Origin: Phoronis australis
Taxonomy: Eukaryota; Animalia; Phoronida
Assembly: GCA_002633005.1 (NCBI GenBank)
Contig: NMRA01000780.1
Span: forward strand, 1 to 64,000
DNA length: 64,000 nucleotides
Reading direction: 5' to 3'
The position numbers were made by a program, and so were the translations under genes. This document shows, piece after piece, positions 54,301 to 64,000 of this stretch. The notes beneath the pieces were generated by a model that was not told where the DNA came from, did not search any database, and worked only from the letters and a program-made list of their open reading frames with translations. Position 1 is the stretch's first letter. Each line of letters opens with the position of its first letter.

Positions 54301-57300
54301 GATTGATTTCTAAAGCATGTGATATTAAGAGTTGTAACTGGTCGGTTGGGTTACCTTTGGGGTTTCCTAGATCTTCAGGAGATATCTCGTGTCCGTTGCG
54401 AGAACTCTGGTCATGTGGGAGCTCGAAACTGACCTTGTACTCTCGTTTCAGGACCAGAACAATGTGAACTCCTGGTGTCACCTAGTATTTTGACAGCAGG
54501 CTGTAGAGCCTCCTGCACACCTCTCTCAAACTAGAGAGGTGCACAGGATGTTATTTACACCACAGCCCTGCAGCCCTCGACTTAGTGGTGGTAAATGGTT
54601 TAGATGATAAAATATGCATCTGTTCTTCTGGGCTACATGTAATAACATTACCGGGAGATGACTCCATGATGCGGCCAACCTCACGCATTGAGTGATCTTT
54701 GTGGCACGAACTTGCTGGCCAAACAGTGTTGCCGGTGACCTCTGACCTCTGAGTTAATAGGTCAAATGATTCGAAAGAGGTGTAAACGACGAGATCTGAC
54801 TGAACATCGTTAAAGGAGAATGCCATTCGATTTAATTAGTATTTTTTTACCGTCTTAATCGGTCTATATCCACATCGCCTCTTATACGGTCGACCTCACC
54901 TTGCCGAGAGGTGTCGCGTTAACCTGTGAGGAAGGTGAGAAGCGACGTCAGTGGTTCGTCTGCAGAGTGAATTTCGCTATATTGCTGTGCATCGGTTCCC
55001 GCTTGTCCTAAAGCGGGAATATCGCTTTTTCGACTTCCTCGAGAGCCCGAAATGCTTAGGAATTGGCTCGCGGTAGTGAAAAATGAAAGGTATACTGTTA
55101 ATAGCAAGTATGAAGCCGTGAAACATCTCCGTGTCTGTGGCCGGCATTTCGTCGACAGTGATTTCTCTGACGAATTCCGGCTTACCAAAGAACTATCCAT
55201 AAGTTCCGTTGCCTATGCATGTTAACGGCGCCTTTGTAGTATTTCTTGATCATTGTATTCCGGTTCCAACTGATAGCCTGTGAAACCTAACGATCCGACT
55301 CGTGAATTCTTCGTCGCATGAGCTCTTGACTAAGCCGGGATTGGCGCCGGGCGAGTTGCCATGTAGACGTTTTATTATTCTGCGTTCTGTTTCAAAATGA
55401 ATTGTTCTCATCCTGAAAGGATCCTAACCAATGCTTATATGAAACTGAAACAAAGTCTGTCTCATTAAATACAATTTGTAATGCCTTGGGGTGCAAATAT
55501 TTTGCGAAGCCAGCAATGAATAAACCACTGCGTTACCGGCTTTTGATGCCGGCAACAAAGGTAACTGACCAGGCACCGAGGCCGTGTGGGCATGCAAATT
55601 CAGTGTTTGTAGACAGAAAGTTGTTGTGAAGCAATTACTCAATTATATGCTATTGACACATGTTAGGGGAATCTTTATTTAGAAATACAAATACATTACT
55701 CAAATCATTGTTACCGTACAACCTTTGCCCTGACGGTCTGTGGAAGGGGAACCCGGCCGACTTCGCGGCCCCCGACAAGTAAGAAGATTTCCAGTTTCGT
55801 GGCTCAGTTATTCACAAAAGTAATTACGTGCGCATTATTTCTTTGGTTCACTATTATAGTCTTTTCATGACTGGAGGTTTAGTTTCCAACTCAAGCTGGT
55901 TTATGTTCGTGCCAGTCCCGGCGGCCGCGACGGGCCTGATCGGGTTCCGAGCCACTGGCCGGGATAACAAGCGTTTTGTGTGTTTTGGACTCAAAAACTC
56001 ACAAGTATAAATAACACAGATCTAGGTTCTCCTGTCCGTATTTCAAAGAAGAATACTTCGAATTTATCTCTGAACAGATCCCAAACTCCTGCTACGGACC
56101 TTAGTAACTTTGGCCTCAGTGCCGAACTTTGTCACACGGTAGGCTACGGTGTGTCCGGCAATTTACCAGTAAATCCGTAACATCGAAATAAAACAACACG
56201 TTTTTATAAGAACTCAGTTTTACATCGAAGTTTGAAGATTTATTGGTGTTAAACGACCCGTGTTGTGAGCTGCTGAACAAACTGCGTGTGAAACCAATTA
56301 CGTCATCGGATAATTTCAACACCTCCGTCTGCCGTCAGGTGTCAGGTAACGCAACCGAACCTGCCCTTATCGAGTAGAACTCGATCTAAATTGATACGAA
56401 ACAGGTTGTTTTTTGGGTGGCATTCTCCTTTAATCCTTCCCTTAGAAGACTGTTATTGTAAGTCTTACGAACGCTTTCACACAGGTCTGAGTAAGCTTTA
56501 AAGCCTAACTTTAACAAAATTTTGTTATTTTTGATGTATTAGAGTAACTTGGTAGTCCTAGCAAAGCCTTAACAATAAGAAAACGCGAATTTGTTCACGC
56601 AAATGTAGGCCCGTCAAATGATAACTGAAGCCGCCTTTTCGGGCCACATTGCGTCACCGCGAGATTCCTGTACAAACAACAACTGGCTGATAACAGTATT
56701 GCGCGGTTGTGTTATTCGCAACTGTTTGAATTAAAATGTGATTCTCGTGGCAACGTTGACAAAAGCAAACCATTACGCCCAACAATTTGTTAAATTTTAC
56801 AATGTATGGCACTAGAGGGCTCAGTAAGAGCGATACTCTTAATTTACTGCCATGGGCGACGCACCACATGGGGCTGGGGGCTATAGCCCCACTTTTTTCA
56901 GTGCTACTCAGCACGTCTGGTCTATAGGCGATGCACCATATTGTGCTGAGAGGGCTTTAGCCGCCCCCCCCCCTCCACTTTTTTCAGTGCTGCGCCGCCC
57001 ATGGTTCAGAGCCATTGAACAATAACCTTAGAGGTCAGAGGTCACCAACATCACTGATTGGCCAGCAAGTTCGTGCTAACATCACTCTTGAGAGAGAGTT
57101 GGCCGCAACGTCAAGTGAACGCATGGTGATATTATTAGTCCGGAACTGGGACCCGTCCCAACAAAAATGACTTAGCTAAGACCAATCTTAAGTTTTAGTA
57201 AATTTTAAAATAAAAGTTAAATTTGTCTCAAAAACGATTCAAGAAAGAGATCTAAAGTATGACTTAGGTGTTTGACAGAAGTTTTGTCTTAATTTTGATT

Positions 57301-60300
57301 AACTTGCCGACTGTGGAGGTTTCAAAGTTTGGAAGATAAGACAAATCTTAAACTTAAGTCAAAAATGAACTTAAGTCAGTTTCTTTGAACTGGCCCCAGG
57401 TCCACAAATCATCATCTATCATTACCACCTGGTTTAAATGTAATAATTTGTGCTGGTGTATTACACGAGAATTGTCGTTTGTAGTAAATCAAGACAAAAA
57501 TCAAACCTGCTTCATACCAAACGTTCGTTTGTATTAGTACATGTATATACACAATGTATATACGTATGGCTTAGCGCAGCAAAATACTGCTCTAAGGACC
57601 ATGGTACGGCCTACACTCATTCGTTACTTCACATATTGTAAGACACTTGTCAAATTTTGCCTAATTTCTAAATTTCTAGCAGGTGTCATTATTATTGTTG
57701 TGCATGACTTTCAGGACTCCCGTGACAAAAGTGCTGTTATTGGACAGTGTTTGCAGAACTAGCAGGTCTTTCCTAGGAGCAGTCGACATTTAGGCCTACT
57801 GTGGTTACTTTGGCCTTATGCTAAGAACACACGCTCATGAAATTACACCTCGCAGCAGCGTGTTGAAGCTTTGGATGGGAATTTTGTAGCAAAGTTACCT
57901 ACCATCTTCTTTTCCATCTCCCATGTACGTGTAGCGACATCCATTCGCCTCCTTCCGCATCTCTTCCATTCGCCGGTTGATTTTACAGGCAGGGATGGAG
58001 TAATCATGGTAGTACTTTAGGTTTTGGTTTTTCTTGCATTTACCGTGAGGGGGCTCAATGTTAGTCATCTGTGGAGACGTAGAAATGAAATTCAGAACGA
58101 CACCTATTGGAGACATTCACAATTGCTAGTTTGAAATAGAAAAGTAGCTGAAGACACGTTACATTGCGCAAGCGTGTTTTTAGAAAAAGTTGCTTTATGT
58201 GGTTGATAGAAAATCCTACAGGAGTCTCAGGTTTATGACATGGGTAAAACTTCTTGCCCAAATTTCCAAGAGGTTTTGCCCATGTCATAAATCGGAGACA
58301 AGTGTAGGATTTTTCTCACATGAACCGTAAAAACGACTTTTTTCAGAAAAGCGCGATGTGTCTTAAACTTCCAACCACACGGCGCAACTTTTGTAAAAAC
58401 ACGCTTGGGCAATGTAAAGTAATTCAGTTACTTTTTGTTAATAGGTTTATTTAAGCTTAACAATTGTAAATTGCATTCAAATTTCGTAGCAAATATTCAA
58501 GTTAGATTCTAATAAATAGTCTTTGAAATTGCAATATTAAAACTTAAAAAAATATTGATAAATATCAGTCTGCAAGGCTTCCCCGCGCGTGAGCACTGAA
58601 TTGACCTTGAGACAGCACAGGTGGACAGCCTCGTCGCGTTTCTTGAGTTGGTATTCGTCTCCGTTTGAATGAACGTGGATATGGAATTCGTCGCCGAAGA
58701 TGGGCCCGTTTAAGAAGTTGTTTGCATGTCCTTCCGACAGGGAGTACGTACAGTTGCGTCAAACGATTTGTCAATCATAACCTTGTCACTTTCTTGGAAT
58801 TCCGGCATTGTTTGGTTGGCGCGCGTTTGGTTGTTTCAGTGTTTTGAAGATGATAAAATGTAAGGCGTACGGACTTCTACTTTGCACTACTTTGTGATTC
58901 GCCCATGTAATATCAAATTACTTACGTACTCGGTGTTATTAACCAGCCGTGTCGTAACACATTCCAGGTCATGTGAGAAAAAGTTTTAGACACGTCGAGT
59001 TCTTCGGCAAAAAGAATGTTTTTCCGGTTCATGTGAGAAAACAAACCCGGCAAGCAATGAAGTTTTCAAAAGGTTTTGCCCATGTCATAAACCTGAGATG
59101 AGTGTAGGATTCTCCATATATGTTATTAGGGGCGGAAATTTGAAACTGTATTGAGATGAAAGAATGTGTATTTGTTCTGGGTTTCAAAAATAGTGAATCT
59201 GATGATTTTTCCAGAAATTTTTCCTATAATTAATATTGAATATTAATCAAAGTGAATGACTCTCACGTTAGCTTCCCCAAGAACTAGATTCGCCACGATT
59301 TGTTTAAAAGTTGTTTTTATGAGTTTTCGAGTTAATCCCTCTTGTAAGTGTTATTTCGCAATTTTGAACCTGGCCACCCCCAAACAGTGATCGGTGATAA
59401 CTTCTGGTGGTTGTATGCTTCTAACAGGACTTGCCATGAAATTTTCATTTAAAAGTTTTTGGCCAGCTGACTTATGTGAACTGATACAATAGCCAGGGTT
59501 TCGACCACTATCTCGAATAATCACATCGAATATACAAGTTAGTTCACGGGCGTTTCTCTGGAGACGGGAACAAGACCTGAAAAACCAGTATTTTTCGCAA
59601 TAGCTCTAGAAGGTATCCCAAACTCTTACCCTTCGAATGACAATAGCTTCGGGAAAAGGTTACAGCTTGAAGTCATAAAGATGTGGACAAAACGGAATTG
59701 AGTCTAGAAAAAAAAAACTTAACGCATTTGCTCACTAACTTGGGAAGAGGCTTTGTCATCTTTGAACTTTCTTGACGTGTTTGAGTTTCCTGTAGTATTG
59801 CGCGATATCATTTCGTTTTCCAAAATTGCTCGCCGTTCTGTTAGAGAGCACGCGCGGCTCACGCAGCCACGGTAGTTCCACTAATACAGTAAGTGTTACC
59901 AATCAGTAGAGGGCAGACACAGGTTGAGAGTCTGGTCAACACCACCTGTCGGCGTTGTGCTAGTGTAGACCTAAACTTTTGGGACACCCTTTAGTAATGA
60001 TAAAACACCCGGATGTTCAATTTCAGTTCTTTCGTTGATATTTGCCCTCTGTCTCAGGTCGCTAGCGCATCAAGAAATGGCTGACCATTGTTAATCTCTA
60101 GTAATAGAGTGTCTTACCTTAGGCTCAATGCGGTTCCAGTGATTAGAAAATCTCTAGATCTTCCAGTCCGTGGTTGTTTCTTTAAAACGTCTAAACCACA
60201 TATTGTTGCTATACTTTCAAAGGGAGGGGTTAGGCTACTGGTTGAGCAGAGAGATGTTTGCTCAAACCAATCTATGCATAGGTTAGCTAAGACTAGCACA

Positions 60301-60936
60301 TTTCTGAACCCTGCACGCAAAACTGCTGTTGGAACTGAACGTAGGTAGCAAGAGCGATGAAACAACTGAAGATGGCAGAAGTTGGTGTAAAATTACCAAA
60401 CGTTTCAGAAACAATAACAACCCCCAAAGCAGTTACGTGTGTAGGAGCAAATGTGACTCGAGTTGTCTGACCAGCCACTCAGATTGATGAAAGCATCAGA
60501 GTTTGTCAAGATCGGATTTCATTATTAATCATACAGTCACGCGAGGTTCAACTGTCTTCGAATTCTTAACATTTCTAGTGGTGGAGACCCTTGAACTTTT
60601 TTACTTAACATCTGGAAACTGTATTGAATGACACAAGCTAAGATTGAAGATAGCCACATGAAGATGGCTTCGATGAAAACGTGTCACCACCCACGCCTCC
60701 TGACGGCGGTCTGATGGAAGCCAGCGATGTAAGAACTGAAGTAGTTTGACTCACTTGGATTATCTTGATAGCGGTAAACGCGTGCTTTCCAGGTGATACC
60801 GAAATACCGAAGTCCTCAACCATTGGAATTTCATGTTGGTCGTGGACGAGAAGTTTTATTCCGGCAGTGGTTTGTGGCCCGGGCATATACTCGTACTGCT
60901 CACAGTTCAAGGTGAGGCGAAGACCGTCCTTGGCCC
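39126..60936 (-). CDS. Gene B (partial span): paralogous DEG/ENaC channel; exons 1-4 presumably beyond the window end
   Basis: Exons 60755-60936, 57903-58068, 53646-53702, 50305-51889, 49007-49098, 39126-39364. Internal exon sizes 182/166/57/1585/92 and their phases match gene A. Confidence 0.93.
39933..42889 (-). mobile_element. Composite DNA element, copy 2 (inverted, full length)
   Basis: Reverse complement of 10202-12903 with an internal ~370-bp duplication; TACTT on both flanks (candidate 5-bp TSD). Confidence 0.75.
43600..46120 (-). mobile_element. Composite DNA element, copy 3 (inverted, truncated at one end)
   Basis: Collinear with ~40640-42889; ends CTTCCTACGGGCCTG. Confidence 0.75.
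45281..45496. mobile_element. MITE with CATGCGCGCACC TIRs and 5-bp TSD, nested in composite copy 3
   Basis: CATGCGCGCACC...GGTGCGCGCATG flanked by CACGG on both sides; absent from copies 1 and 2; relatives at ~52987-53220 and 63509-63760. Confidence 0.88.
46313..48986 (+). mobile_element. Internally deleted AcademX-like DNA transposon relic
   Basis: Termini TAGGCCATTGTCCC / GAGGCAATGGACTA (TAG..CTA). Broken frame at ~47860-48260 reads IERFVRKLYG..VNKARY..LPPNHDCFLLHAKRAKYQ..GNGW..HWMT..CSC...PC..LCDC..C.N (XPG-like C-terminus plus Cys-rich finger). Confidence 0.65.
49007..49098 (-). CDS. Gene B exon 9
   Basis: NNVIQVDVYLQDLSYEEIKQQEAYDMVSLL(G); 92 nt. Confidence 0.93.
49235..49304 (-). mobile_element. 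tRNA-derived SINE head / tRNA pseudogene
   Basis: Box A TGGTGTAGTGG and box B GGTTCGAATC; the cloverleaf stems pair poorly. Confidence 0.6.
49850..49988. mobile_element. Short palindromic element (Crypton-like MITE)
   Basis: ATAGATTATTACATG...CATGTAATAATCTAT ends with an inner inverted repeat around a CCCGAGG core. Confidence 0.65.
50305..51889 (-). CDS. Gene B exon 8: CPLPC, beta10 and ~490-aa helical insertion
   Basis: 1585-nt open exon; KQENQKPNNDSDSCPLPCGRTIAEPQVSLAQLTS...DGTLDDSFIQ; collinear with gene A exon 8. Confidence 0.94.
52700..52986 (+). mobile_element. Decayed Penelope-like GIY-YIG endonuclease fragment
   Basis: YEGR...EHKK...DHEIDR...IKMKEAIR....PTINREVG resembles the 'YIGET...EH...H.IDW...KEAI.I....P.LNRD.G' pattern. 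Confidence 0.55.
53646..53702 (-). CDS. Gene B exon 7 (57 nt)
   Basis: (V)KICPLSSLLELWKQKAKE; TTTTCAG acceptor, GTAAG donor; homologous to gene A exon 7. Confidence 0.88.
53785..53860 (+). mobile_element. Possible tRNA-derived SINE head
   Basis: Box-B-like GTGGGTTCGAGTTCC with an upstream box-A-like GGCAGTGGGGCCAAGTG. Confidence 0.4.
54971..55225 (+). pseudogene. THAP zinc-finger domain reading frame (no ATG; TE-derived)
   Basis: YCCASVPAC..AGISLFRLPREPEMLRNWLAVVK...LRVCGRHFVDSDF: C2CH, F.LP, W and CxxHF signature of THAP. Confidence 0.75.
56851..57003. mobile_element. Small MITE with CATGGGCG TIRs
   Basis: CATGGGCG.CGCA...TGCGCCGCCCATG; internal repeat CCACTTTTTTCAGTGCT. Confidence 0.6.
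57147..57399. mobile_element. MITE with CTGGG..CC / GGCCCCAG ends
   Basis: Imperfect terminal inverted repeats with CTTAAG-rich internal repeats. Confidence 0.55.
57903..58068 (-). CDS. Gene B exon 6 (thumb)
   Basis: MTNIEPPHGKCKKNQNLKYYHDYSIPACKINRRMEEMRKEANGCRYTYMGDGKED; phase-1 donor GTAGGT gives 166 nt, as in gene A. Confidence 0.92.
58140..59115. repeat. Nested inverted-repeat element
   Basis: 58211-58250 is inverted to both 58272-58312 and 59071-59112; 58144-58195 is inverted to 58383-58430; 58313-58372 is inverted to 58980-59040. Confidence 0.7.
60755..60936 (-). CDS. Gene B exon 5
   Basis: GAKDGLRLTLNCEQYEYMPGPQTTAGIKLLVHDQHEIPMVEDFGISVSPGKHAFTAIKIIQ. Confidence 0.95.
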
Positions 60937-63508
60937 CTAGATAGGTATAAAACTCACAGTGTACATGTATACGATATAAACCGGGTTTCCAGATATTTTG
61001 GGGCACAAACAGTTAATTTATGTCCATTAATATCACAGTGATCCATGGGTATCACAATGCCAGGAAATGACCATCTGGATTGGACCGCTCTCGTACATGT
61101 AGGTGTTATCAGGGGGGGGATGAGAATGGCACTGAAAAATTGAACTAGATCAAATTCGAGCAAATGAAACTAGGAAAAGATGACACTCTCGAAACTCATA
61201 TTTACGGCTGATCTGAAATTTGTGTTAACGTCAGTTACTTTTTGTCCAACGTTTTGGAGCAAGTGATTTTGTGTAGCTAGATAAAAGCACGCTTTGTTGT
61301 GGCATTTTTAAAACGCCCGTATTTGCCATAACGAAATCATATGAGTAGCACGTGCCATACAAACCCGTGCAGTATAAAAACACAACACAGAACCACTGAG
61401 TCTTTGCGTGCGGCCAGCCCGTTTCATTAGGTTTTAGAACCGGTCCGCACGTTCTGAGAACGAGGTCATTAGAAACTCGAACCATTTAACGACTCGTTCT
61501 ACTTCTTAGACTTCGAAAGGAACCGCTGTAATCAAGATGACGTCATCGGGAGCACTGCTCTAAGGTGGTTTTGTGTGAAACAAACCAGTAACTGCAACCT
61601 GCGCGATATTTCACGGAAATAACGAACATTGTGAAATCGTGAATAATTCTAGTGACGTTTGGTATCGGAAATCGAATTCAGAGGGCAGTAAAACATTTTA
61701 TCCGTGAAAGTCTTTAAAAAACATTAAAGATCCTAGCTTTCGAGTCTTAATAGGAGCGGCTGTTTGCCATATAAGAAGACACATGACAAGAGGTGTTTTT
61801 AGACCAACCTGTTCAAAACTAGAAAGACGAGGTTCTTGAAGGCAGAAACGATGAACAATATGTACGAAAAGTCACAAACCATATCAGTGATAATCTCACG
61901 GTATGTTTGCCGATGTGCAATCTGAACTCAAAAACCGGGAGATCCAAAGAAATCCCAAGGATTTTGATTTTCACCCGCGGCGATCTTAACTCTCTCTTAG
62001 TTTCGTCGTCTCTGTTCCTTCTTGCTTGCACTTTGTAATTTTTAACAGGTTGGTATTAGAAAGGTTTTGCGCCATTCGTCTTCACGCCCGATGAATCCAG
62101 TCCCCATTATGCTCGAAAGCTGGAGGCTAATGTTTGAAGTCATGCCAGCAAGGAGACCAAATTTTTTTGAAACTGCTCATAGTAGTAATGTTACTTGTAA
62201 TAAGGCTCACCTAGAACTGAAAATTTGTTCACACTTTACCAGTGTTTCCATGAAAAGTAGACTCAACATTGGTTTCTAAAGTTGGAGATGATAAAAAAGT
62301 AAGTGATGATCCGTGCGAACCATGTTGGTACAATAACTGCGTTCTGAAGGGAGGGTATGTAGCACTCCTTCTTCCGGAGATGCTGTGAAAAATATTCTCA
62401 TATTATATTCAGCATGGTCTATATGTCATTGGTACTCGTCATGAATTAAAAAGAACGTGAAGTTGCTCTCAACCCTTTACCGAATTCCCGGATTTCAGAC
62501 ATATTTCAGTAAAGGATGACATACTTTCGGAGGTTCGTTCCGATATTCAACAAGTGTTTTTCAACGTATTTTTAATTACTAGCCTGGACAGTTGACTGTT
62601 TTGACAACCGGTTGTATAAAAACTATGGTTTCAGCGAAATGATAATGGTACGTGTAGATGTCAACACTCAACCATCGGATGAGTAGTGAAACTACAGCGT
62701 AATAGCACAAATAATACCAAGTTGTCAGGTGAACAAACACGTGTATTGAACATCTGAAAACATAAATATTCGAATACGTGTGTGACAATGTTGAAAATGG
62801 AGTTTTTGTACAAGATTTGTAAATTTGTAAAATTCAAGGACCGACGGTTCCTGATGGTTTGTTTAGTTTCGTAATTAAGTAATCAAATGGATTGGTTCCC
62901 CCTGGTCAGTGCCGTGAGAATGAATTAGTTTATGAAAACCGCACGTTTAGTGCATAGTCGTGTTACTTTGGTGCATGTATGAATAAGCGTATAAAAATTG
63001 TTAAGTCTATGCTGTTGGCTTGCACTCTCATTTTATAATACCATGCAGTTGTGATGTTCGCCTGCTATTGCGGTCTTTGTCAGATGTTTTATTTTGTGTG
63101 CGAGAATTTCTAAGGCTGTGTCGTGTAACCTGAAATGTATGGATGTTTTTTGGAAGAACACACTCCATTTTGAACATGTGGGGGCTGAGTGGGGTTCATA
63201 TCTTCGCGGCTGTTTTGAGCCTCTCAAGGAGTTCTGCCCACATGAATTACGAATGTAAAAGCTAGTTCGCAATACTAAGCACAATGTATGCGATGATAAA
63301 GCGTGATTTTACTTTTTAAAATCATCTCACACTGGATTAGGGAAACCTGTGTAATTATGCTCCAGGTTTCAAGTGTGCAGTGGCGGATCTAGGAATTTGA
63401 TTTAAGAATCTGTTGCAAGTAAACCCACTGTGCGGAAAATGTTTTAATGTGAAGCGTGCCTGTCAGTACCAAAACACCACATTTCTATCGTTGTCTTTTT
63501 AAGTATAA

Positions 63509-63760
63509 CATGCGCGCACTCAGCCTAAAATGTAGGGGGGCTCGAATTTCTAGGTATGGGGAATTTTACTGAACAAATTCCACCAGGACTAAAAAAAGAA
63601 TGGGACCTACGAATTGTGCGTCTGCGCCGATTTCCTGTGTCCTTTGTAGACTTTTGTGACGTTAACTCGGACTTTTTTCACTGAGGTGGACCTTTTTACC
63701 CAATTTGCCATATTGGGGGCTCGTTGGAGCCCCCCGAGCCCAAACCTGGTTGCGCTCATG
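63509..63760. mobile_element. MITE, CATGCGCGCAC family
   Basis: Same ends and internal GGCTCGAATTT / GACCTTTTT motifs as 45281-45496. Confidence 0.7.
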
Positions 63761-64000
63761 TATTGCCTTTTAACCCAGCCATCAAATCTTACCTAGCTTG
63801 TGTCATTCAAAAATGATGCCCGACCTATCTGGTCATGTGGTTTTGTTCTTTTCAGAGAGACTGCCGGGCTTAACTTCTGACGTGAAAACGTTTTGAACAA
63901 CAGCGAGACCAACAATAGAATGGACCTTCAGGGACCTGTTTTAAACGTTAGTTGAGGCCAAGTTTCTCTGTGACCAGATAGAATTTTTAAACAAACTAAA

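Larger units (their letters stand above)
54590..57430. mobile_element. Inverted-repeat-bounded element containing a THAP-domain remnant
   Basis: Inverted arms (GCACGAACTTGCTGGCCAA...GGTGACCTCTGACCTCT at ~54700-54750 vs ~57030-57080). The right arm is interrupted by a second MITE. Confidence 0.6.

Noticed and set aside
61231-61485. GLYGTCYSYD as gene B exon 4 (T..G.C..FN motif)
   Set aside because: No CKW...C..EDF upstream and no similarity to gene A exon 4, although neighbouring exons are highly similar. The real exon is probably beyond the window.

Overview
Eukaryotic (animal, probably marine invertebrate) genomic DNA, AT-rich and dense in transposon relics. The main content is two tandem paralogous DEG/ENaC (ASIC-like) channel genes on the minus strand. 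Gene A is complete: I reconstructed 10 coding exons with GT-AG boundaries and consistent phases, 34179->15234, 2892 nt, 963 aa. Gene B is 5'-truncated by the window end: exons 5-10 lie at 60936->39126. Both keep the channel hallmarks that fall in the window (HG motif and FPAVTICN seen in gene A; GLRLTLN and the GAS selectivity filter in both). Both also carry a ~490-aa helical/coiled-coil-like insertion, encoded in one ~1.58-kb exon, where ASICs have the ~20-aa knuckle. Both have lost two complete thumb disulfide pairs. A 3.3-kb duplication of gene A exons 6-7 abuts a single N and is probably an uncollapsed haplotype. The rest is TE material: a solo LTR with TSD, a CAC..GTG MITE with 5-bp TSD, an AcademX-like relic, a THAP-containing inverted-repeat element, LINE and Penelope fragments, tRNA-derived SINEs, a three-copy ~3-kb composite repeat, and microsatellites.
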